62,504 nucleotides of DNA from a virus (taxonomy: Duplodnaviria; Caudoviricetes): the IMG/VR virus record IMGVR_UViG_3300032320_000789, positions 1-62,504 of that record, one strand, 5' to 3'. The translations under genes were made by a program, and so were the position numbers. The notes beneath the pieces are model-generated. The model was given only the letters and a program-made list of their open reading frames with translations. It did not search any database and was not told the origin of the DNA. Positions 50,168-59,117 of this stretch are shown in pieces. Position 1 is the first letter of the stretch, and every line of letters begins with the position of its first letter.

Positions 50168-51083
50168 AATAACCAAGCGCCAGCGTACCGACGAAGGTTT
50201 GCTAGATAAAGTCAAAAGCACAATCAGCGCGGCCAAAACAAAATATAATGATGTAAAAAATAAAGTTGTTGCGGTTGGCGATCGCTATCAAGAAAAACAA
50301 TGGGACAAAACTCAAGATAAAAGAAACAAACAAGCGGCCGACGCTGCCAAAGTATTAGCAAGAAAAGGGTTTAATGTTAATACTACAACTCCAGCCGCAC
50401 AAGCCCAAACACCAACTAGAGTAAAACAACAGCAACAACAAAAAATTGCTCAACTACAACAAGCATTTGACCAAGAATTTGATATTGGATATGAAGTTAC
50501 CCCTAACGCGGCGCAAATATATGCTCAGCAACAAGCGGCCAAGCCGCCACAGTCAAAATTACAGCAAACTATAGCGGCACAAAATAAACAAATGAGCCCA
50601 CAATCAGGGATTAGAGAAGATAATGTAACTATGAGTCCAGGCGGTATAGCCATACCTGCCGGAGCAAAAACTGCCAACCGCATTTCAAAAAAAGATATTG
50701 CTACTGAATTTCCTAATTGGATAAAACAAAAAATACCGGGATTAGACAACACCTCCCCCGAAGTTCAAGCAAAATTAAATGGTATTTTTTCACAAATGAA
50801 AACGCTTAAAGGAAAAAATCCCAAAGCTGTTGATACAGCATTCCAGCAATACGCTGATTTAGCATTATCTTCTGTAGCTAAGGCAAATCAAGGTCAGCAA
50901 GCCCGGGATGGAGTATCGGCCAGCGCAGCATATACCAGAAATGGTATTGCTAGATCGCTAGGTCTTGAACCAGAGGCTCTTGCGACTTTACAACAACGTA
51001 TCGCACAAAATAAAGAACAAATTACTAATCCAAATACTGGTTCTAAAACTATAGACACGTTAATACGAGCGGTGGCTAACTAA
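50154..51083 (+). CDS. Gln/Lys-rich putative head protein
   Basis: MQIHEIT...TDEGLLD leader; AAGGA RBS. Confidence 0.6.
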   Translation: MQIHEITKRQRTDEGLLDKVKSTISAAKTKYNDVKNKVVAVGDRYQEKQWDKTQDKRNKQAADAAKVLARKGFNVNTTTPAAQAQTPTRVKQQQQQKIAQLQQAFDQEFDIGYEVTPNAAQIYAQQQAAKPPQSKLQQTIAAQNKQMSPQSGIREDNVTMSPGGIAIPAGAKTANRISKKDIATEFPNWIKQKIPGLDNTSPEVQAKLNGIFSQMKTLKGKNPKAVDTAFQQYADLALSSVAKANQGQQARDGVSASAAYTRNGIARSLGLEPEALATLQQRIAQNKEQITNPNTGSKTIDTLIRAVAN

Positions 51084-53002
51084 TGATAACATTAAAAGAA
51101 GGCGGCAATGTTTTTAAAAACAACGACGGCCAAATAACAACACAGCGTATCAATCAAACGGATGTCAAGCCAACATTGCAATGGCTCGAGCAAATGGTCG
51201 ACCTTGATTTAATAAACAACACACTGGGTAGTACGGGACTTAAACCTACATCTGGAGATTTAGATGTGGCGGTGGACGCTAGTCAAATAACACCTGAACA
51301 ATTAGTAGCAGAACTTACACAATGGTGTGTAAGTCAAAAATTAAATCCACAGGAATACATTAAAAAAGGTGGAAATCAAGTGCATTTTAAAACCCCCATA
51401 ATTGGTAATCCCAATAACGGATATGTACAAACTGATTTTATGTTTATGAAAGATGTGGGGATTGGTAAATTCTTTTTGTCTGCTCCTGGAAACTCAGAAT
51501 ACAAAGGCGCAGATAGAAATATATTAATTAATTCTCTTGCCAAAGCACTAGGTTATAAATTAGATCAACGCCGCGGCATCATTAATCGTGCCAACGAAGA
51601 AGTTATTGAAACGGATCCTGACAAGATCGCTAAACTTTTACTCAACCCCGGTGCTACCAAGGATAACTTGTACTCGGTGGAAACTATTGTCCAGGCATTA
51701 CAAAAAGATCCTAAAAAAGATGAAAAATTAGCAGATGCTAGAGCACATTTCCAAAGAGTTGGAGTTCCATTTTTTGAAAATACAAGTACAGAACTTTATA
51801 CAGAAGTACATTTCCTAGCCCGCTTGCGTGACCGTATTGTTAATCAAGGCATGGAAAAATTAATTGAAAATACAGAAGTACAAGGTGGCAAAGCCAAAGG
51901 TATAGAACATATAGAAGACTTAGTATTCAGGAAAGGAACCGCAGGTATTAAAGAAGCACTTGCGGTTATCGAACATCTTAAAGATAACACAAAAACATCC
52001 GTTACAGTTAAGTGGGATGGCAAACCAGCTGTGGTGTTTGGCCGCGAACCCAACGGTACTTTTGTACTAACTGATGTAGCCGGATTTGGCGCTGTGGGTT
52101 ATAATGGTATGTTTACAAGCCCACGACAAATCACACAGCATTTAGCTAATCGCGATGCCGAAGCAAAAGCACAAGGTAAGTCAGCTAATCGTGTGGCTCA
52201 ACTAGCGCCAATCTATCAAACGCTATGGCCCATGCTGGAAGCAGCAACTCCAAAAGATTTTAAAGGTTATATTCAAGGAGATTTATTGTATATTTCGACC
52301 CCGCCAGAAGTATCGGGTGCTTTTGTGTTCAAACCAAATACTGTGCTATACAATATTCCTGCTAGTTCTAAACTAGGACAAGAAATAGCAAGTAGTCAAG
52401 TAGGTATCGCTATACACACTTATTACAAAGAACAAGGTGCTAATAAAGAACCATTGGGCAAAGTTAATCTAAATCCAGTTCCAGGTTTATTATTGATTGA
52501 ACCTATCGCCCCACAAGAAAATGTCAGACCTACAGATAGCAATTTAATTAAACAATTAAAAAGTTTAGTAAGTGCCAGCGGTAATTCTATCAATACGCTG
52601 TTTAATCCAGCTGAACTAAGACAATTACAAATTAGTGATTTACCAAGATTATGTGTTGACTATATTAATAGTTTAGTTAAAGATGACACAGTAGCTAATT
52701 TTGACCCGTCAACTTTATTGCCAGGGTTTGGCAAATGGTTACAAACTAAAGTGACTCCACGAAAATACAACAATATTGTAGAATACTTACAAAGCCCAAG
52801 AAGTAATATGGAGGGAATGAGTGCGGCATTTACAGCATTTGTATTGCTACACAATATCAAAATGGACATGCTACAACAATTAGATCGTCAGCACCCTGGG
52901 CAAGAAGGCTGGGTAATTGCTCACCCAGGGGGCATTACCAAATTTGTCAATAGATTTGATTTTTCTCGGGCAAATGCGGCCCAAAATGCCCCACAATCCT
53001 AA
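51083..53002 (+). CDS. Pol-beta-type nucleotidyltransferase fused to an ATP-dependent ligase-like domain; putative virion protein
   Basis: LGSTG...SGDLDVAVD and VQTDFM; VTVKWDGKP, IQGDLLY, EGWVI, KFVNR; MITLKE leader. Confidence 0.65.
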   Translation: MITLKEGGNVFKNNDGQITTQRINQTDVKPTLQWLEQMVDLDLINNTLGSTGLKPTSGDLDVAVDASQITPEQLVAELTQWCVSQKLNPQEYIKKGGNQVHFKTPIIGNPNNGYVQTDFMFMKDVGIGKFFLSAPGNSEYKGADRNILINSLAKALGYKLDQRRGIINRANEEVIETDPDKIAKLLLNPGATKDNLYSVETIVQALQKDPKKDEKLADARAHFQRVGVPFFENTSTELYTEVHFLARLRDRIVNQGMEKLIENTEVQGGKAKGIEHIEDLVFRKGTAGIKEALAVIEHLKDNTKTSVTVKWDGKPAVVFGREPNGTFVLTDVAGFGAVGYNGMFTSPRQITQHLANRDAEAKAQGKSANRVAQLAPIYQTLWPMLEAATPKDFKGYIQGDLLYISTPPEVSGAFVFKPNTVLYNIPASSKLGQEIASSQVGIAIHTYYKEQGANKEPLGKVNLNPVPGLLLIEPIAPQENVRPTDSNLIKQLKSLVSASGNSINTLFNPAELRQLQISDLPRLCVDYINSLVKDDTVANFDPSTLLPGFGKWLQTKVTPRKYNNIVEYLQSPRSNMEGMSAAFTAFVLLHNIKMDMLQQLDRQHPGQEGWVIAHPGGITKFVNRFDFSRANAAQNAPQS

Positions 53003-53078
53003 TCCAACTCCTTAATTTTTTGCCATTTGGCTAAATACAATTAGGACCTTTGAGTCCACATATATAAGGAGATTTAAA

Positions 53079-53525
53079 ATGGCACAGATTCCATTAGTAT
53101 CAGGCGGTTCACAACCAGTATTTTCCATTGACACACGCAATGGCCCACAAGAAGCAGCTAACGTTGCGTATACACCAGCAGCTACACCTACAAACTTTGC
53201 AGGTCCAGCTCTTGAGTTTTATCAAATCGGTAACTTGGTAGGCATTCAAAACCAAGCTCAAGTAAACGGTGCTGTTCAGCAGATCAACCAAGCATTACAA
53301 CAGTTCTGCACAATCGCTATCGAGCAAGTTAACGCAAACTCTATTAGCGTAGCAACATACCCATTAGCCGCTTTTGGTGGCAATGCTAGTGTTTCCGCTG
53401 CAGCTGTTCAAGCTATTGTTGTTGGTTTGGGCAACATCCAAATTACTAACGGCGGTGTAACAACTGGCTTTAGTGCTACAGGCGCTGCAGTAACAAATTT
53501 AGGCTTCAAGTTAGCAGCATCTTAA
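53079..53525 (+). CDS. Putative abundant virion protein (decoration-like)
   Basis: CTAAATA at 53031, AAGGAG RBS, own terminator; Ala/Gln/Asn-rich. Confidence 0.6.
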   Translation: MAQIPLVSGGSQPVFSIDTRNGPQEAANVAYTPAATPTNFAGPALEFYQIGNLVGIQNQAQVNGAVQQINQALQQFCTIAIEQVNANSISVATYPLAAFGGNASVSAAAVQAIVVGLGNIQITNGGVTTGFSATGAAVTNLGFKLAAS

Positions 53526-53552
53526 TTTTAAAATTTATTTTAAAATGTCAAG

Positions 53553-53575
53553 AAAGCGCCGCGAGGCGCTTTTTT
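53553..53575 (+). terminator. Rho-independent terminator
   Basis: AAAGCGCC-GCGA-GGCGCTTTTTT. Confidence 0.85.
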
Positions 53576-53610
53576 GTTGAGATTATAATGTAAATTTTAT
53601 CGAGAAATAT

Positions 53611-53618
53611 TATAAATA
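53611..53618 (+). promoter_or_regulatory. Canonical T4 late promoter TATAAATA
   Basis: Exact consensus upstream of 53645. Confidence 0.6.
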
Positions 53619-53644
53619 AGCTATTATACCAAAAAAGGTAAACA

Positions 53645-54817
53645 ATGTCATTAACTATTGGATCAGGATTTAATGTAGGTGCTGGATTTAGTATTTCAGT
53701 GGCCCCAACAGCCGTAGCAGGAGCTACATCAACGGTATCGGCAACTCAAAACACAGCTATCACTAGTTTTAATCCATTTAGTAGTGTTACTGGTGGAATT
53801 GCCCCATATACATATTATGTTAGTTCAGGCACACTACCTACTGGCATAGCTATCAATCCTAGTACCGGATTAGTATCGGGTACTCCCACAGTTCTTCAAT
53901 CGTCTGCCAATGTTGTATTTTCTGTACGCGATGCCGCCAATTCTGTAGCTACAACAACTTCTACCGTTAGCTTTGCTGTAACAACTCCTCCTATTAGCGT
54001 ACAATATCTAGTAGTAGCTGGAGGGGGCGGAGCTGGCACAGCTGGTGGTATCACTGGCGAAGGCGGAGCAGGTGGAGCTGGCGGAGTTGTACGAGGTTCA
54101 ATTACAACTAGCAGTGGCACACCATTTACTTTACTTATTGGCGCCGGCGGTGCTGGTGGTACCGGGTGGTCGCCTGGCAGTAATGGCGCCAATAGTACTA
54201 TAAGTTCTCCGATTGTAACAACAATCACGGCCGCAGGCGGTGGTAGCGGCAGTTGGGGCGGCAAATGTGGTCAAGGGGGGCTTTTTCCTTATAATGGAGG
54301 CAACGGTGGCTCGGGTGGCGGCGGCTGTATTGCTGGTACAGGAACACAGCCTACTTTAAATCCTGGAAATCCAACAGTAGTACAACAATACGGAAACCCA
54401 GGCGGAGCCGGTCTTGGTCCAGCAAACGGCGCTGGCGGCGGCGGCGCTGGCGGAGCCGGCACACAAGGCACTGGATCCGGTGGTGGTGGCGGAGCCGGAT
54501 ATACTTATCCTTATACAGGAGGCACTTACGGGGCAGGCGGCCCTACTAACCCCGTCACCTGGGGCACCAACTCAAACGGTACAAACGGCAATTTAGGTAG
54601 TGGTAATGGAGGGCAGACCAGCACTGGCATTAACGGTTCTAGCATAGCTGGTTCCGGAGGTCCTGGCACAATTATACTAGCTGTGCCGACTCCTAATTAT
54701 CCAGGGTCAGCACCTGGTGCTACTGTAACTACTCCACCAGCAGCACCAGGAATGACAGTATTGACTTACACAACACCAAGTCCTGGTACTCCAGCGTCAT
54801 TTACTTACACAGCATAA
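53645..54817 (+). CDS. Ig-like (He_PIG) + glycine-rich virion protein (paralog of 12303..13241)
   Basis: GGIAPYTY.VSSGTLPTGIAINPSTGLVSGTPT; VQYLVVAGGGG; shared C-terminus. Confidence 0.75.
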   Translation: MSLTIGSGFNVGAGFSISVAPTAVAGATSTVSATQNTAITSFNPFSSVTGGIAPYTYYVSSGTLPTGIAINPSTGLVSGTPTVLQSSANVVFSVRDAANSVATTTSTVSFAVTTPPISVQYLVVAGGGGAGTAGGITGEGGAGGAGGVVRGSITTSSGTPFTLLIGAGGAGGTGWSPGSNGANSTISSPIVTTITAAGGGSGSWGGKCGQGGLFPYNGGNGGSGGGGCIAGTGTQPTLNPGNPTVVQQYGNPGGAGLGPANGAGGGGAGGAGTQGTGSGGGGGAGYTYPYTGGTYGAGGPTNPVTWGTNSNGTNGNLGSGNGGQTSTGINGSSIAGSGGPGTIILAVPTPNYPGSAPGATVTTPPAAPGMTVLTYTTPSPGTPASFTYTA

Positions 54818-54823
54818 GCCACA

Positions 54824-54849
54824 AAAAAAGCACCGCAAGGGGCTTTTTT
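54824..54849 (+). terminator. Rho-independent terminator
   Basis: AAAAAAGCACC-GCAA-GGGGCTTTTTT. Confidence 0.7.
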
Positions 54850-54886
54850 ATTGACCCGTTTAATATAGGTTAAATATACCTATATT

Positions 54887-55141
54887 ATGATGATAGATAA
54901 AATTACCGAAGTTACTATATTTGAAAGTCCCGATGGCGGCAAAACAGTTTATGCCCGCCACCCCGGCAGTCATGTTAGAGAACTTTACAGTCGCGATCCT
55001 AAACTAGTTGAGCAAGAAAAAGAACTCAAGCAACAGGAACGGTGGCAATATATTTTAGCGGCTAGACAAACCAATTCAGCAATAAATGAACTTTGCGAAC
55101 AAGCGGAAATTTTATACGAATTGTCTAAAAAGGCATCGTGA
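54887..55141 (+). CDS. Hypothetical protein
   Basis: IFESPDGGKTVYAR motif; TTAAATA upstream. Confidence 0.7.
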   Translation: MMIDKITEVTIFESPDGGKTVYARHPGSHVRELYSRDPKLVEQEKELKQQERWQYILAARQTNSAINELCEQAEILYELSKKAS

Positions 55142-55548
55142 AATTTATTTGTAAAACCCTCTTTGATATTACAGCTACAGGTGTAACAGGACATTATAAA
55201 TCTTCCCGGGTTCCATTTCAAGATTTAACTGGTACTGATATTACAAATGAAATAACATGGAACCGAGCTAGAAATCAGCAAAGAAATTGGGAAACTATTA
55301 CCCAACTGATAAGTCTACGAACACAAATTTCAGAATTACAAACTCCCAAAAAAGACAAAAATATCTGGCAGTTTGAATTTGAATCCGAAACACCGTATGC
55401 GTTTGGGTCCGAAGCTAACCCTACAGAACTGCTTTTATCTGACTCGGCCGGTGTTCCCATGCTGGTGGGATTGGGAAATATTAAAAACTTAGCCCCATTA
55501 TTAATTGTATCGGGCCCAGATCAAAATATATGGTTTGACATATTATAA
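55138..55548 (+). CDS. Hypothetical protein
   Basis: TLFDITATG...RNQQRNWETITQLISLR. Confidence 0.7.
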   Translation: MKFICKTLFDITATGVTGHYKSSRVPFQDLTGTDITNEITWNRARNQQRNWETITQLISLRTQISELQTPKKDKNIWQFEFESETPYAFGSEANPTELLLSDSAGVPMLVGLGNIKNLAPLLIVSGPDQNIWFDIL

Positions 55549-55579
55549 TAAATATATGATAATTAATTTAGGATAAAAC

Positions 55580-55846
55580 ATGTCTGTAGAAGCTACTGAT
55601 ATTGAAAAGAAAAGTCTGGAGGCTCACGTAGAGCTTTGTGCTGAACGATATAATGCTTTAGAAGACAAAATGTCTGTAATGAGCGAAAGTATAGCTCATC
55701 TTTGTACTATGGTCCAAGATGTTAAAGCTTCTGTTAGTAAATTAAATGAAAAAAATACTGATAGACTTATTGCTTGGGGAGTTGGAATTATTAGTTTTTT
55801 AACCGGGTCAATTATCTACCTCCTATCTACATACGTTATTAAATGA
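55580..55846 (+). CDS. Coiled-coil protein with C-terminal transmembrane helix
   Basis: LEAHVELCAERY; LIAWGVGIISFLTGSIIYLL. Confidence 0.65.
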   Translation: MSVEATDIEKKSLEAHVELCAERYNALEDKMSVMSESIAHLCTMVQDVKASVSKLNEKNTDRLIAWGVGIISFLTGSIIYLLSTYVIK

Positions 55847-56343
55847 TTAAAAAAACTCCCGAGCTCGATAAATTATTTCGTAAAGAATTTCCAGACTTGT
55901 TTGCCAATCTTATATGGCAAAATGATGATGGAGAATACGAAGTATTTGACCGCTATTTAATTACCCCAGAAAAGCATGGATTTAGAGTTTATTGTTCAGC
56001 TACAGATATAGGCCTGTTTAGTAGTACAAAAACAGCACTGAGTTGGTGTATAGCTGACAAATATGCCCATTATAACCTAGCTAGAGACATCCTAACACTA
56101 GACAATAAATTAAGCTCATTAACTTCAGATATATCCATAAGAGCTATCCTAGCGGACCGCAGTAAACAACTTTTATTTCGCGAAACAATAGAAACTAAGC
56201 TAGAAACCAAGATTATACATAAAAAACAGGTAGAGCAAGAATTAACTAAATGTGTCAATTTTGCTAAATACTGTCAACAACGAGGATTTAATAATGAAAC
56301 TGTTCGAACTGGCCGCACCCAAGCCATCAAAGCAAGCCGCTAA
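55843..56343 (+). CDS. Hypothetical protein
   Basis: 166-aa ORF, ATGA overlap. Confidence 0.65.
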   Translation: MIKKTPELDKLFRKEFPDLFANLIWQNDDGEYEVFDRYLITPEKHGFRVYCSATDIGLFSSTKTALSWCIADKYAHYNLARDILTLDNKLSSLTSDISIRAILADRSKQLLFRETIETKLETKIIHKKQVEQELTKCVNFAKYCQQRGFNNETVRTGRTQAIKASR

Positions 56344-57253
56344 GGTATTTGAGAGTTATTTTGGTGACTCTATTAATGTAGACGTGATGTCCGCAAAACA
56401 AGCCCGTATGATGTTGAATAAAGTACGCAAGCTCGTAAATGAACATCGTCAAACATCAGCTTTTCATCATAGCGAAAAGAACCCAACTTATCTAAAGTTA
56501 ATGATGATGGAGAGAGTATTGGCTACCAAAGTCAATGAAACTCCCACAGTTGCAGTTGGATCAACTGCCGGTGCTGATCAAAATCAAAATAAATCAACTT
56601 CGGGTATGCCACCAGTTAATCCTACAGTAGCCGCAGGTGATGCGCTTAAAAAACAGCAACAGCAAGCTCAAGTTAATAATATTAGTGATCCTAAACTTAA
56701 GGCCGCTATGCAAAAAGCAACCAAAGGTCAATCATTAAATCCAGATGATCAACAACTAGTGGCACAGGCCGCTCTACAAACAGAAAGCAAACAATTGAGA
56801 CATAGTTTATATAAAATTCTTCGTGAATCAGAAGTACAACAAGCACAAGTAGTCTTAGCCGCACAAGACATGGTAGATAATGTACAAAAAATGAGCGAAG
56901 AAATTTCCAGCATGCAGTTTAAAGATTTGCCAGCCTTGTGCGACCAAATCAAAAATCAAATTGGTGTTGACCAGGCTATGCAGTTTAATACAGATGCTAC
57001 ATCTGCTCTTGCTGGATTGTTACAAAATTTACAAGGTGCTAAACAACAACTAGATCAAGCTCTTGGTGTTGTTACCGGTCAAGCTGCTCCTAGTATTCCT
57101 GGCCAAGATGAAGTAGATGCTGAATTAGGTGCTGAGATGGGTGCTGATGTTGGTGCTGAATTAGGTGCTGAGATGGGCGCCGAAGAACTTCCGCCAGAAG
57201 AACCAGAAGCTCCTGAAATGGGTGGCGCAGGCTTAGGTCGCGCTAAACGCTAA
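56294..57253 (+). CDS. Putative prohead core/internal head protein
   Basis: Start reassigned to ATG 56294 (GAGGA RBS, CTAAATA at 56264); MKLFE leader; acidic tail. Confidence 0.6.
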   Translation: MKLFELAAPKPSKQAAKVFESYFGDSINVDVMSAKQARMMLNKVRKLVNEHRQTSAFHHSEKNPTYLKLMMMERVLATKVNETPTVAVGSTAGADQNQNKSTSGMPPVNPTVAAGDALKKQQQQAQVNNISDPKLKAAMQKATKGQSLNPDDQQLVAQAALQTESKQLRHSLYKILRESEVQQAQVVLAAQDMVDNVQKMSEEISSMQFKDLPALCDQIKNQIGVDQAMQFNTDATSALAGLLQNLQGAKQQLDQALGVVTGQAAPSIPGQDEVDAELGAEMGADVGAELGAEMGAEELPPEEPEAPEMGGAGLGRAKR

Positions 57254-57607
57254 ATGTTAATTTTTGAAGTAGAAAATCCGGAAGCCGTTAACTCTGGTAA
57301 GCTGATGGCGTTGACTCAATTTCTTGCTGGTCGTGCTGGAGATACTGATTCAAAAAAACAAATTTCTGCCCAAGCATTTATTGATTTGGCGCAAAGCCTC
57401 GGAGTTAATGTTACTGCCGATACATTAGGCGACTTAATTGCCAAAGATCCTCTCAGTAATGTATTACTTCCATACGAACCAAATTCGGGTGTAGTCAAAT
57501 TCAAAGGTAATGATGACCCCGGGAAACAGCCAATGGATACCGATAAAGCAGAAAAAGTAGTAAGTTCCAATGCCAAAGCCGCTATGAAGCGGGGATTATC
57601 TAAATAA
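57254..57607 (+). CDS. Hypothetical head protein
   Basis: MLIFEV leader; adjacent to the upstream stop. Confidence 0.6.
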   Translation: MLIFEVENPEAVNSGKLMALTQFLAGRAGDTDSKKQISAQAFIDLAQSLGVNVTADTLGDLIAKDPLSNVLLPYEPNSGVVKFKGNDDPGKQPMDTDKAEKVVSSNAKAAMKRGLSK

Positions 57608-57626
57608 ATCAATACTGAAAAAGTAG

Positions 57627-57655
57627 TTGACAATTAATTCAAAAATAAGTACAAT
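57627..57655 (+). promoter_or_regulatory. sigma70-like promoter for the isc cassette
   Basis: TTGACA-17-TACAAT. Confidence 0.7.
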
Positions 57656-57678
57656 TAATAGGGTAGGATAAAAAAGCA

Positions 57679-58062
57679 ATGGCATATTCAGACAAAGTAA
57701 TTGATCACTACGAAAATCCTAGAAATGTTGGCCGCATGGATGCTGGAGACATCAATGTAGGAACTGGCATGGTAGGCGCTCCAGCTTGCGGTGATGTTAT
57801 GAAACTACAAATAAGGGTAGAAGATGGAATTATACGAGATGCGAAGTTTAAGACTTACGGTTGCGGATCGGCTATTGCGTCGAGCTCGCTCGTTACCGAG
57901 TGGGTCAAGGGTAAAACGCTGGAGCAGGCAGGATCAATTAAGAATGCTGAAATTGCAGAGGAACTCAGTCTCCCGCCGGTTAAGATTCATTGTTCGATCC
58001 TTGCGGAAGACGCTATTAAGGCGGCAATAGAAGACTACAAGAGAAAATTTAAAGGAGAGTAA
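57679..58062 (+). CDS. iscU: Fe-S cluster scaffold protein IscU
   Basis: MAYSDKVIDHYENPRNVG, GAPACGDVM, FKTYGCGSAIASSS, LPPVKIHCS. Confidence 0.96.
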   Translation: MAYSDKVIDHYENPRNVGRMDAGDINVGTGMVGAPACGDVMKLQIRVEDGIIRDAKFKTYGCGSAIASSSLVTEWVKGKTLEQAGSIKNAEIAEELSLPPVKIHCSILAEDAIKAAIEDYKRKFKGE

Positions 58063-58063
58063 T

Positions 58064-58759
58064 ATGTTTGGCGCGAATTATATATCTAATGATGCGATTA
58101 ACTATCGTTCAGCAGAACAAATTAACTCAGCAATGGGCCGAGTTTATGGACACATGGGATTAGCAATTATTACATCAATGGTTGTTAGCTTATTGGTTGC
58201 TAGTAGTCCTGGATTAATGGCATTTTTATTTACAGGTGCTTTAAAGTGGGTAATAATGTTTGCTCCATTAGTGGCTATTCTAGCAGTTAGTTTTGCCATG
58301 GAAAAGATGAGTAAATCTACTTTACAAATTTTCCTACACGGCTTTGCCGCATTAATGGGTTTAAGTTTCTCCACTATCTTCATTGTTTATCAACTAGGTA
58401 GTATTGTGTCAGCATTTATGAGTGCGGCAATATTATTTGGTGTGATGAGTTTTTATGGCTATTTTACAAAGAAAGACCTAAGTAGTTTTGGTAGTTTGCT
58501 ATTTGTAGGATTAATTGCTATAATCATTGCTTCAATTGTTAATATCTTTCTGCAAAATTCTGTTTTTCAAATGGTTATTAGTGCCATAGCAGTTTTAGTG
58601 TTCCTAGGACTTACAGCCTATGATACTCAAAAAATTAGAGAAATGGTTAGTGTTGACAACGATGGCAAAGCCGAAGTTATGGGTGCCTTAAGCCTATATT
58701 TAGATTTTATTAACTTGTTTATTAGCCTACTTCAATTATTTGGCAGCCGAAAAGAATGA
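58064..58759 (+). CDS. Bax inhibitor-1/YccA family membrane protein
   Basis: About 7 hydrophobic helices; YDTQKIR, ALSLYLDFINLF. Confidence 0.92.
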   Translation: MFGANYISNDAINYRSAEQINSAMGRVYGHMGLAIITSMVVSLLVASSPGLMAFLFTGALKWVIMFAPLVAILAVSFAMEKMSKSTLQIFLHGFAALMGLSFSTIFIVYQLGSIVSAFMSAAILFGVMSFYGYFTKKDLSSFGSLLFVGLIAIIIASIVNIFLQNSVFQMVISAIAVLVFLGLTAYDTQKIREMVSVDNDGKAEVMGALSLYLDFINLFISLLQLFGSRKE

Positions 58760-59076
58760 TTACCATTACGGATACAGCCGCTAAAAAAATTGAGGACAAT
58801 TTAAAAAAACGAGGCAAAGGCATAGCTATCCGTATAGGTATTAAAACCACAGGATGTTCAGGTCTTGCTTACATAATGGAATATGTAGACAACCTCACAA
58901 TTGACGATATATTACTTTCTGATAATAATACAGTTATTGTGACTGACCCTACATCCTTACCAATGGTAGCTGGTATTACTGTTGACTATGTACGCCAAGG
59001 TCTGAATGAAGGATTCGAATTTATCAACCCATTAGAAAAAGACCGTTGTGGATGCGGCCAATCCTTTCGGATATAA
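58756..59076 (+). CDS. iscA: Fe-S A-type carrier IscA/HesB
   Basis: ITITDTAA, GCSGLAY, F.NP...RCGCGQSF. Confidence 0.93.
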   Translation: MITITDTAAKKIEDNLKKRGKGIAIRIGIKTTGCSGLAYIMEYVDNLTIDDILLSDNNTVIVTDPTSLPMVAGITVDYVRQGLNEGFEFINPLEKDRCGCGQSFRI

Positions 59077-59081
59077 TAAAG

Positions 59082-59110
59082 TTGACAATTTCTCTGTAGG
59101 TTGCTATACT
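59082..59110 (+). promoter_or_regulatory. sigma70-like promoter
   Basis: TTGACA-17-TATACT, 7 nt before ATG 59118. Confidence 0.7.
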
Positions 59111-59117
59111 AGATACA

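Noticed and set aside
56252-56293. Upstream start for the 333-aa ORF
   Set aside because: RBS and late promoter support ATG 56294
57118-57177. 24-bp direct repeat (57118-57141, 57154-57177)
   Set aside because: Encodes the AELGAEMG low-complexity peptide repeat; only two copies
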